Part shown: positions 1 to 10,400 of the stretch, piece after piece | Position numbering within the stretch: position 1 is the first letter of the stretch | How the letters are laid out: each line of letters opens with the position of its first letter | From: Flavobacteriales bacterium | GTDB taxonomy: Bacteria; Bacteroidota; Bacteroidia; Flavobacteriales_E; Vicingaceae | Assembly (NCBI GenBank): GCA_018608405.1 | Contig: JABAZP010000032.1 | Coordinates: forward strand, 17,956-81,955 | Direction: 5' to 3' | DNA length: 64,000 nt | The notes under the pieces: generated by a model | Databases searched by the model: none | Told to the model about the DNA's origin: nothing | Seen by the model: only the letters and a program-made list of their open reading frames with translations | Translations under genes and position numbers: made by a program

Positions 1-953
1 TTATTTTGGTCTGCTAACATTTTCTTAAAAGTTTCGGCATATTCGTCTAACATTGAAATAGTAGCATTTTTTTCTACCTGTTTCAACGGTAAAAAACTAA
101 TACGGACTACAATTTCGTTAGAGTTTGACGAAATATCACTAAACTCTGAATTATTCATCTCATAAGCATAACCAATTCCGAATGGTCCTAGATCAAAGCC
201 AAGACCAAAGTTTAAGTTATTTGTAGATTGGTAACCAACCTGAGCCCATATTTTTTTCTTGTATTCACCTTTTAGCAACACATCAAAACGGTTATCAATT
301 ACAGGTAAGTTTTGATAAATTACAAGAGGAGTTACAGAAAAGTCAGAGTTTTCGATGTTATACTTGTATGATGCAGTTCCTACAATATGCTCCGAAAGGG
401 CCTCTCCTCCTATAACTAAACTTGGAGCACTAAGCCCAAATTGAAAGGTGCTATAGTCATAAACCAATCCAACCCCTGCAATAAATTTTGTTTCGTCGTA
501 AAAACCACTAGCTAGTGTAGGGTCTGCCTGGTCTAAGAACTCAGAGTTTTGAATACTTGCTGAATTTAGCATTCTCCGCACCGCTCCAGCTGAGATACCA
601 AAACGTAAGTCAGAGTTTTGGTCAAACTGGATTTGATAGCTATACGCTACATCGTATTTTGTTACTTCATACGCTCCTCTTTCATCAGAGACAATTCGTG
701 CTCCAATTCCCTGCGCACTTTTAATAGGGGCATGTATTCCAAACATGGTATTTCTCGGGGCATCGCTAAAACCTGCAGCATAGGTTTTAGTATTTAAAAT
801 AGCCGAAATGTTCCCATTGTTACCGGCAAAAGCAGGATTCATGTTAAAACGATTCATAACGTAATTATAGTAGCCATAAGAAAGCTCTTGCGCGTGAATA
901 CTTGCAACACTCATGAGCGCTAAACCAAGGGTAAGTAGTTTTATGTTTTTCAT
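1..953 (-). CDS. PorP/SprF-family type IX secretion membrane protein (3' end runs off the left edge)
   Basis: Absent from the ORF track because no stop lies in the window. Reading the minus strand from ATG at 953..951 gives MKNIKLLTLGLALMSVASIHA|QELSYGYYNYVMNRFNMNPAFAG... This is a signal peptide followed by the NPxxAG-type motif typical of PorP/SprF proteins. The rest is G/Y/F-rich and beta-barrel-like. The frame stays open to position 1. It lies directly downstream of a type B CTD cargo gene. Confidence 0.75.
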   Translation of the reverse strand, partial: MKNIKLLTLGLALMSVASIHAQELSYGYYNYVMNRFNMNPAFAGNNGNISAILNTKTYAAGFSDAPRNTMFGIHAPIKSAQGIGARIVSDERGAYEVTKYDVAYSYQIQFDQNSDLRFGISAGAVRRMLNSASIQNSEFLDQADPTLASGFYDETKFIAGVGLVYDYSTFQFGLSAPSLVIGGEALSEHIVGTASYKYNIENSDFSVTPLVIYQNLPVIDNRFDVLLKGEYKKKIWAQVGYQSTNNLNFGLGFDLGPFGIGYAYEMNNSEFSDISSNSNEIVVRISFLPLKQVEKNATISMLDEYAETFKKMLADQN

Positions 954-980
954 TATCTTCAATTTAATAAGGGGTAGGGT

Positions 981-3900
981 TTATCTTTTTAAAGTAATTA
1001 CTCCTTTAAAAATTTGGCTTGAGTTATTTGGATTTTCTAACAAGTAATAATAAATTCCTTCAGGCAACACAGTGCCATTAAAGGTACCTCCCCAATCATT
1101 GTTATAATTGTTTGGTACCTCATAAACAATTTCACCTGAAACACTGAATATTTTTAAACTGAAATCTGAATACAGTTCAACATTTTGAATTTTCCATTCG
1201 TCATTCCTTCCATCACCGTTAGGTGAAAAATAACCTGCGGTTGGTAAACTTCCTTCTATTAAGTCTAATACTTCGATGTTTATGGAAGCAGTATCTTTCA
1301 ACCCTCCTAAATCTGTAACTTCAATTTCAATATAATATGAAGTATTGATTTCGTAATTGAAAGTTCTGGAAGAGGTCAATTCTGCAGTCGAATCGTTAAT
1401 TCCAAAATCTATTTGGCTTCCGAGAATGCGAAAAGTAAACATTTCGTTTGCATCTAGATCCGTTGCAGTTACAAAGCCAATAGATGTGTTTGGGGAGCTG
1501 TTTTCAGAGATGGCAAAAAACTGATTTTCAATTATTGGATTTTCGTTGCCATTAGTTAATGCAATATTGAATACTTTCTCTAAGCTCCCTCCTTGATTAT
1601 CTACTGTTCTAATCCTAATAGAATAAGACATTTGAGTTTCAAAATCAAATGTGCTATTGGTCTTTAGTTCATTCCCGTCTATAGTAAAACTTGAATTCCC
1701 GGAATCACCGGAACCTGCAACTAGATCGTACGTAAAGTTACTTGTTGGATCTTCATCAACACTAGTGATGATAGCTACTCTTGAGCCAATAGCAGCATTT
1801 TCATTTACCATGGTATCAGAAAGTAATATATTACTTGGCAAGTCATTTTGATTAACTACTCTGATTATAAAGCTACTTTGCAACGTTCTTCCACCTTTGT
1901 CTGTAGTTTCAATTCTAATGTTTCTTGTTCGTGCATTATTAAAGTTAAGCACAGAGTCAACCTCTAATAAACTACCATTGATTCTGAAAAGGGCATTATC
2001 GCTTGAGCCTTGACCTGCAACCAAGGTGTAGGTAAAATTATCTGTAGCATCAGTATCTATGGTATTTAAGTCTGCTACAAAAGTTCCTATTGCGGATTTT
2101 TCTAATATACTATCAGCTGATATTGTTAAAGCAGTTGGGGCGTCATTACTATCCGTTACATTAACAGTTAATTGACGGCTGAAAGTAGCTCCCGTAAGGT
2201 CTCTCGTCTGAACTTCTATAACATAAAGGTTTTTTGTTTCAAAATCGAAACTACTTCCCGTTCTTAATTCATTTCCTGAAATAATAAAAGATGCATTATC
2301 ATTTGTTCCTTGATTGACAAACGAGTAACTAAAAGTGTCTGAAGTATCCTTATCAACAGTTGTAAATGCACCAATGAATGAACTTTGAGGTAGATTCTCC
2401 TTAAAGTTTCCTGGAGTTAAATTGATGTCAGTTGGGGCATCGTTACTGTTGCTAATATTAATGGTGAATATTTCTTGGTAAACCCCTCCAAATCCATCAT
2501 CCGCTTGAAGTCTTACAGTATAGTTACTTTTTATATTCACATCAAAGGTTGCGTTAGTCAATAGTTTATCGGCAGAAATAGAGAATGATGTGTTGTTAGT
2601 GTCTCCAATTCCTGCTACTAACGAATAAGTATGTCCGTCACCTGTATCCGCATCAGTAGTAGTAATTGATCCTACTTCTGTTCCAATAATTATATTTTCA
2701 GGAATAATGTTGTTAGAAAGTACCATGTCGGTTGGAACATTGTTTACATCTTTCACAAAAATGGTGAAGGCTTTTGCGAAGGTTCCGGAATTACCATCGT
2801 TTGTTTCTATTCTGACAGTGTGAGTAGCTTGAGTATTTAAGTCTAATACTTGGCTAGTAAAAATAGAATCATTTTGAATACTGAAGTTTCCATTATCAGC
2901 ATCACCAACACCATTTACCAAAGTGTAAGTGAAAGAGGTGTTGGCATCTTGATCTGTCGTTATCATTTCACCAACAAAAGTTCCGGCAGGTCTATTTTCG
3001 TTCACACTTGCGTTTGAAAGTTGCAAATCTGAAGGAGCATCATTCGCGTCAATTACTCTTATTGTTAGTTGTTTCGTATAAGTTCCTCCGTTCAAATCAT
3101 TTGTTTGTACATAAATGAAATAAATATTTGTATTCTCAAAGTCAAATATTTGTCTTGCTCTTAGTTGATTTCCAACAATATTAAAATCTGCATTATTATT
3201 TCCTGGTACATTGTCAAAGCTATATGCAAAAGTTTGACCAGCATCTTGGTCAGTTGTTGTTAACGTCGCTACAACGGTATTGATTGGTAAGTTTTCTAAT
3301 ACTGAATCTGAATTTAGTATAACATCTGTTGGAGCATCGTTTATGTCATTAACGGTTATTTTAAATGTGTCAACAAATAAGTTATTAGCTTTATCAGCAA
3401 CCTGTAGTCTAACATTGTAAGTTGATTTCGTCTCAAAGTCGAACGAAGTATTTGTTCTAAGGACGTTTCCATTTAAACTGAACGAACTATTGTCAGAGCC
3501 TCCAGCACCAGAGACAAAAGAGTACGTAAATATTTCATTCGCATCAGTATCGACAGGAGTTAATGCACCAATGGTATCATTTGCTAGCCCATTTTCATTA
3601 ATTAGGTTGTTCGATAAGGTTAAACCGGTAGGAGCATCATTTACATCTTTGACAAAAATAGTAATGGGTGCTTCATAAGTACAGCCAAGATTATCTGTGG
3701 TTCTTAACCTAATTGCATAACTTGATTTTGTTTCAAAATCTGGCACAAAGTTCGCGATCAAGTTCGCTCCTGAAACACTAAACAACCCATTATTTGTGCT
3801 ACCCGTTCCGCTTACTAAGCTGTATGTATGCGTTTGTCCTGCATCAGAATCAGTTGTTGAAAATGTTCCAACAGTAGCTCCAATTGCTTGATTTTCTAAT

Positions 3901-4340
3901 AGGGTGTCCGAACTAATTGAAATTAAGTTTGGTTGCGCATTGCTTCGAATTGCTAAAGGGTTTACAGGACTTCCAAAAATAGCATTGTCTTGGAAAGCAA
4001 TGGTATCAACACTTATGTAAATAGAGTCAGAAGACAATTCGTAGAATCTGAAACTCACCTGCTCTCCATTTACTAAGTCACTATAAATGACCATGCTTGT
4101 TTCATATCTGCCTCCAATCACTGTCGATGAAAAAGCTGTACCTCTAAGGGAATCTCCTACAAAAGCTCCTACTTGATTAGAAGGGCTTTGAAGTTCATTA
4201 CAGTTTAAATCTAACACAGCAGTTACGGTCATGCTGTACTGAAAACGGTTGGGGTTAACTGACCAGCTTGGAGCCTGAGCACTTATAAAACCTGAAACTA
4301 ATAGTAAAAAGGTTAATGCTAAAGAATTGAGGGTTTTCAT
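981..4340 (-). CDS. Cadherin-repeat surface adhesin with type B T9SS C-terminal domain
   Basis: 1119-aa ORF with signal peptide MKTLNSLALTFLLLVSGFISA|QAPS. It has nine ~100-aa repeats joined by DxNDxP calcium-type linkers (VKDVNDAPT, VNDINDAPT, VIDANDAPS, VTDSNDAPT...), each with a FDFE(T/N)K motif. The C-terminus YFSPNGDGRNDEWKI...GIYYYLL...KGVITLKR matches the gliding-motility (type B) CTD. Confidence 0.9.
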   Translation of the reverse strand: MKTLNSLALTFLLLVSGFISAQAPSWSVNPNRFQYSMTVTAVLDLNCNELQSPSNQVGAFVGDSLRGTAFSSTVIGGRYETSMVIYSDLVNGEQVSFRFYELSSDSIYISVDTIAFQDNAIFGSPVNPLAIRSNAQPNLISISSDTLLENQAIGATVGTFSTTDSDAGQTHTYSLVSGTGSTNNGLFSVSGANLIANFVPDFETKSSYAIRLRTTDNLGCTYEAPITIFVKDVNDAPTGLTLSNNLINENGLANDTIGALTPVDTDANEIFTYSFVSGAGGSDNSSFSLNGNVLRTNTSFDFETKSTYNVRLQVADKANNLFVDTFKITVNDINDAPTDVILNSDSVLENLPINTVVATLTTTDQDAGQTFAYSFDNVPGNNNADFNIVGNQLRARQIFDFENTNIYFIYVQTNDLNGGTYTKQLTIRVIDANDAPSDLQLSNASVNENRPAGTFVGEMITTDQDANTSFTYTLVNGVGDADNGNFSIQNDSIFTSQVLDLNTQATHTVRIETNDGNSGTFAKAFTIFVKDVNNVPTDMVLSNNIIPENIIIGTEVGSITTTDADTGDGHTYSLVAGIGDTNNTSFSISADKLLTNATFDVNIKSNYTVRLQADDGFGGVYQEIFTINISNSNDAPTDINLTPGNFKENLPQSSFIGAFTTVDKDTSDTFSYSFVNQGTNDNASFIISGNELRTGSSFDFETKNLYVIEVQTRDLTGATFSRQLTVNVTDSNDAPTALTISADSILEKSAIGTFVADLNTIDTDATDNFTYTLVAGQGSSDNALFRINGSLLEVDSVLNFNNARTRNIRIETTDKGGRTLQSSFIIRVVNQNDLPSNILLSDTMVNENAAIGSRVAIITSVDEDPTSNFTYDLVAGSGDSGNSSFTIDGNELKTNSTFDFETQMSYSIRIRTVDNQGGSLEKVFNIALTNGNENPIIENQFFAISENSSPNTSIGFVTATDLDANEMFTFRILGSQIDFGINDSTAELTSSRTFNYEINTSYYIEIEVTDLGGLKDTASINIEVLDLIEGSLPTAGYFSPNGDGRNDEWKIQNVELYSDFSLKIFSVSGEIVYEVPNNYNNDWGGTFNGTVLPEGIYYYLLENPNNSSQIFKGVITLKR
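984..1247 (-). other. Type B T9SS C-terminal sorting domain (last 88 aa of the cadherin-repeat protein)
   Basis: FSPNGDGxND-W motif plus a terminal beta-sandwich-like sequence. Confidence 0.75.
1248..3938 (-). repeat. Nine in-frame tandem cadherin-like repeats (~300 bp period) inside CDS 981..4340
   Basis: Residues ~135-1031 divide into nine units of ~100 aa with recurring L.EN...G..VG......D.D......Y.......N..F.I.....L.T....DFE......I.V...D and DxNDxP linkers. Confidence 0.8.
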
Positions 4341-4450
4341 AATTTAATTCTAGTTGAATGATTGTTACGCTTAGGAAACGTTATAATTAAGTTTATTCTA
4401 AAATTTTGCTGTGAACTACATTTTAATTTTGTGTAATTATAGTTAAGAAA

Positions 4451-7400
4451 TTACTTTATTCGAACTAATTTCTCATTAATGATAGTATCACCATCAGTAA
4501 ATTTCACCGTGTATACCCCATTTGACAAGAAATATAGTTCAGCGCCATTTAAGTGCCATTTTCTGTTGTCATCAACACTTGCGTTGAAAACTACTCTTCC
4601 GTTTTTATCTATGATTTCTAATTGACCGTTTTCGGATATTTCGTTCGGAACAACAATTGTTACAAAACCTGAAAATGGATTGGGGTAGCTGTAATTTTCA
4701 TTATCTGCGATTGATTCTTTTTTGAATTGATCACAATCAACTGCTGTAAAAAGGTTAAATCGCAAAGGATTATTCACGGCTCCTTGCACTTTATTCTTTT
4801 CAAAGTCAAGTTTTGCGTCAACCATCATTTGCTCGCCTGTTGCTTGGTTAATCATTTTAAATGAGTAGGTTTCATTTCCTTCACCAAAAACAGTAATAAA
4901 GTACTGGTAACCAACATCTGAATTAATGAACCTAGTTGAGCTTACCCAACCTCTTAATTCTTCATTTTTGAATGCAGCTAATGCCCAATCCTTGTTTTCT
5001 AACACTTCTTCGCAAGTATTAATTTTAACAATTGCGTTCGTGCTTGCTTCGAATTGATTTGGGTTAAGGGAGTATAAAGTTGGAAGCGTTTCGTCTAACT
5101 TTTCTTGCACTGGCTCTTCCTTAATTCTAAGCAAGCCTCTTCTTGGGTAAACAAAAGTTGCACTATTAGCAGCTTGTAAAAGATACCCTTCAGTTGGTTC
5201 TAAAGTTGTTAAACTTCCAATCCAACCTAAAGTTGACAAGTAAACTGCAAACGCTTGTTGAGATTTAATCAAATCTCCGTCAGTTGCGTTATAGTTTGCT
5301 AAAGCAGAATTAATTTCGATGTTCTTTGTTGAAACAAATCCAATTCTATTCCATCCTTGAGATACAGTAATTGGCACGGTATCAGGATCGATAGCCAAAC
5401 CTTTATACTCCAAGGTGTCTGTTGCAGAAATATAAATTAGGTAAGATTGATCGTTGTTTAAACCATTTCTAGTTAAACTACCAGACCACCCTAAAGTTGG
5501 GCCACCGTATTGAGAAACCGAGTTAGTTCCAATCGTTTTAACAACGTCTCCTGAGTTAAAATTCATTCCTTGAAAGAAGTAATACAAACTACTCATCTTG
5601 ACATCAGTTAATGGGAAAGAAACCCAATTCCAGCCGGCATTAAGAACAATTGGTTTGGATAGGTTATTTACCGCATCGAAGATTTGAGGGCTTAAAATAC
5701 TTCCTATCAAAGAATTCTCCACGAAATAAAGATCAGGGGTTACATTTTCATGTAACTCCCCTTCTGATGCATTCCAAACTTTAAACTTAATTGAGTCAGC
5801 ATTATTACTGTAAACATCTAAGAAACCGATATACTTATCCAAACTAGGAACGTACTGTAAGTTCGTTTTACCTCTTATCTCATTGTTGATATAAGCAACC
5901 AATATATCCTCGTCGTTTACGCTGATATTCCCATTTATTGAAATTTGACCAATTACATTCATGCTTTTAGCGTAAAGGCTTGGATCAAATACAAAGTTAG
6001 GTGCTGCTTTTCTAACTTTAAGGTTAACATTAAGTTTTTCAGGATAACCGAAGTCGGTTGTTAATAGTAAATCTTCAACGTAATTGCCAATATTTAAGGC
6101 TGGGTTCACGGTAAATTTAATTACTTCGGTACTTTGAGGAGCAATAGTTCCACTTGAAGGAGTAACCGTCAGCCATGCAGGGATATTACTAATAGAGTAA
6201 TTCTTTACTTGTCCACCACTATTAATAACCCTAGTTGAGAATGTCAAGGTATCATTAAACTCTTTTGAAAGGGTTTTCTCATCATCTTGCCATTTCACTT
6301 GGTTTTTATTGATGTATGCTATCCATGTTTTAGGAGATTGCATTTTATTGCCATGTAAATCCTTAATATTTCTTACTGAAATATTAAGCGTAACATTTTC
6401 TATATTACTTGGGTCTTCGTTAGTATTTATAACAATTTTGTCATTGTTTACAATCCATGTAAAATTGATGTTCTTCACAGGCCTTTGTAAAGCAATAGCC
6501 GGTGATTGAGCAGAAGTCACAAATGCCCCATTTTGTGGAACTAAGTCTAATAAACTAAGCGATCCATCTTTAAAGTTAGGCGTTAAGGTTGGAGCTCCTA
6601 ATTCCAATTTGTAGTTTTCAAAAGGATAATACACTAATAATCCAAATTCGTCACCCTTCAATCTATTAAACATGTCTAAATCAATGTTATCTTTTAACCT
6701 AGCTGAATTCCAAATCCGAACCTCATCGATTGAACCGTTATAGTATTGATCATACGTTTCAATTGCTCCGTTGATTGAATAACGAGCACCAATTGCAAGT
6801 CTAGGTGCGCCAAAACCGTAAAAATTGTCAGCGCTTAAGGTGTTCTGTTGAATACCGTCAATATATGCAGTAGCGTTAGCTGCGCGATTAACTACTAATG
6901 CAAAATGATGCCATTTGTTATCGGCAAAGTTTGCTGAAACCGCCGTAAAATCTGTACTATCATTTTTTACATGAATTGTGTTGTCTGCTGCTATTTCAAT
7001 GTTCCATCCATTTCTGTTTGACCCGTTAGGAGTGAATCTTCCACCACCGTTAGAAAGCATCGACATGGCAGACCCACCTGCAGTTTTAAACCAAAATTCT
7101 ATGGTTAGGTCCATTTCAAAGGATACAGCGACTGTTCCTGCACTATCTAGTAAAGCAAAGTCATCGGTTCCATCAAAAGTGGCACTGCTACTTTTTGGGC
7201 TTATTTCCCATTGAGCATTTACCTCTGCATTTCTAGCTCTAGCTTTATCTTCTGCAAGGGTTCCTCTGCCTTCTTCCATTGGCCAATAGCCCACTAATCC
7301 CGGCTCTCTTCCTGTAAGGTTAATATTTAATCTACTTGATATTATAGAACTACTAAGTGCTCTATTCCAAATTCTAATTTGATGCGCACTACCATTGAAG

Positions 7401-10400
7401 AATTCTGAATTAGTTTGGGAGTTTTTACCAAAGTAAGTTTTACCTCCGCTCGTGAATGAAGAGAAGAAGTTATTGTTGGTACTTGAAAGCGTAGTTGAAC
7501 TTGATCGGTCAAAAATATCTAAATTCAAATTTGGCTTATCGTAAACAATCGAATAGTGATGCCAAGTACTATCATCTAAAACAGCAAAGGTAGAAGCGTA
7601 TGTTTGATTTCCAACTGTAACCTCTACATTATTTGAAGTGTTAAAGCCAACTGCAAATAAATTGTTAGAAGTATTACCTTGCGAAACAATAACTTGGGAT
7701 GTTCCTAAAACGTCTCGTTTCGCCCAGAATTCAATTGTGAAACTACCTGAAGCAAAGTCAAATCCGTTTGCTACTTGAAGGTATCCTGTTGCACCATCAA
7801 AAGAAACAGTCTTATCATGCCTCACTTCTTGTCCATTTACAACACCCGATAATTGGAAGTTTTCTATGGTAAGAGAACCAGCCTCAACAGGTTCGTTAAA
7901 CTGAATAGAAATATCATCGTTTGGATCTAAAACTCCGTCTGCGGGAGAAGGGGTTCCAAATGGTTGCGGATTAACTCTATCAGCAATTCCACCAATAACT
8001 GTTGAAAACTCATCTTTATCTGGATTCCCAGGAATTTTACAAGTAGCTATTGCTCTTAACTGATAAGGTTGATCTATTAATTGAATCATATCAAAATCAT
8101 AAGTGATATATGATTGATTTCTTGGGATTAAGAATGGCGCAGGATGGTTAGGATTATTAAATCTAAACGCAGTTTGCGTTTTTGATAGATTGGTATCAAC
8201 AAAAGAAGTATCGACAAACCATTCTTCAGCTACGGTTACCCACGAAGCCTGTGCAGATGGTTTATATTGAATCCCGATTTTTTCAAAACCTCCATAATTA
8301 ATATCGTAACCAGAGAGTAATAGTGGTAAAGTATCATTAAAACTATTATTTAATACAAATTGATCTTCGGGGTTAGTAATATTCACTTCGGTACAAGAAG
8401 GTAAAAATTGAACTGATACGTAAACGGTATCTGCAATATCTGGAGCATTTGCGGTACCAAATGAATACTGACATTGAGAATGGAAAACTAACCCAATACT
8501 ATCATAAATAATATGATTAGGTCCCTTTTCAATTTCAAGTTGCTTTGAAATCGAAGTCCCTGCAGGCACGGCAAATGATCTATTTGGTCCAATTCCGTCA
8601 ATTTTAAGCTTTGCTCCATTTGGATTTGTAGTTTCTAAAACTTTTAAGTCATATACTTGATCTACTAAACCATCGTTAATTAAATTAACTGTAAAGACTC
8701 CAGCTGATTGCGCCGGTACATTGAATAAAATAGCCGGTGATGCTGTTATTCTAGGCTGTTCCAGTTGAATTGTCGCTTGGTCTAGTATTGTATTTGGGCG
8801 AAAGTATTTGGTTCTGGTTTCTCCTTGGTATGGGCAAGCCGTTTGCCCTCCTCTGGTTTTAAATATTGGACCGTATCCATCTTTCGAGTCAAAAACATCT
8901 ACAGTGAATTCGTCACCACCATCAGAGTCATCTATAGTGTAGCTAAATGTAGTTGAGGTTGACTTGGTAGTCGCATTGGATGTAGTGTGAGAATAGTTCA
9001 TATTCAACCCTGTTTCTATTTCTACCCCATTACCCCCAATTTCGAAGCCAAATGTTAACGCTAACTCTTCACTAATGCTAAAATTAATAGCCAAGGATTC
9101 TGTTTCTTCTCTAGAACTTGAGTTAGTGTAAGTCAAACTTGGACCTGCCTGATAAGAAATATTTCTATCTAAATTAGATGAATTGGAAAGTACTTTTTCT
9201 TGTTCATTTCTAGCAATCGCGTCTTCCCAAAGCTTTATTTGTTGGTTGTACCACCAAACGCTATCTATACCTGTTGTTAATCGTAAAGTTTTAGTAATAG
9301 GAATAAGTCCACCTTCAGGAATACCAGTAATCGTTGTGTCCACTGTTCTGTATCCTGTATAGGCATAACTAACCCCAGCTGAATCTTGAACTGTATTTTT
9401 TTGATAATCTGGGGTTGGACCAACACCACGACCTACAAAATCAGGGTGATCATTACTTTTACCGTAATCTGTGTCATTAGGTTGTAATCTAGAAATATAT
9501 TTAGGGTTAGTTGCTAAAAGTTGATTCCTTAATGCCAGTAATTTTGGAATAACAGACTCTTCAATACCAGCTTGTGTAAATACGAACTCTGTGCCATAGC
9601 CTCCTGGAACTGTAAACATGGTTTTTGTTGATCCAATTTTAAACCCTTTACCACCATAAAGCAGTGTGTTTCCAAAGCAGTCACTATTTCCGTTACCACA
9701 AAGTGCAGTATCGATTAGAGTAATTACTTGTGATAATCCAAAGTCCATATTCATAGAACGACCAAAAAACACATCAGCCCCTGGGCCTACAAAATCAGGG
9801 TCACTGCTAGTTGCCAGTGCTACAGACCGACTAACAGATTCGACTAATTCATTTGAGCCTGTTATACTAGTTTCAACTGTAGTAGAGGTTTTGGCTGAAA
9901 CTTCTATTTCTGTCTCAGTAGTATAACCTAAACCAATTGAGAACTTAGTTCCTAATTTTACTTCAGTACCTAAGCTAACGCCAATTCCACCAGAATTTTC
10001 ATAAGTACTTATTGCCGTGCTTGTCACATCTTTCTCCCAGGAAGAGGAACTATTAGAGCCTGGAGGGTCTCTCAAAATCATAGTCACAACTTGTGGCCCT
10101 GAAGTGGCGAAAGAGTTTCCAAGTGCTCTACCACCAAAGATAACTCCTCTAAAAAATGGCGAAGGAGTCCCATCTCCCGTGTTAGGAGCCCATGAAACTA
10201 CAGCGTTTGGAGTACGTAGTCTTAATTCAAACGTTTTAGAAAAACTGTATACAGGTGTAGTGGCATCTTGGGCGGTATTTGCTTGTCCTGCATTAAATCG
10301 ATAAACCTGAGTTCCACTAAAATTATCTTGAGGCCTTATCGTAAATTCCGCTGTAGGTTCACTGGATAGGTTGTTGGTAATGAAAAACTTACCGTTTGTA

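Noticed and set aside
1248-3938. Regular ~300-bp periodicity that could suggest a satellite, CRISPR-like array or non-coding tandem repeat.
   Set aside because: The period is in frame within a long ORF and corresponds to cadherin-like protein repeats with DxNDxP linkers. There are no short identical direct repeats with unique spacers.
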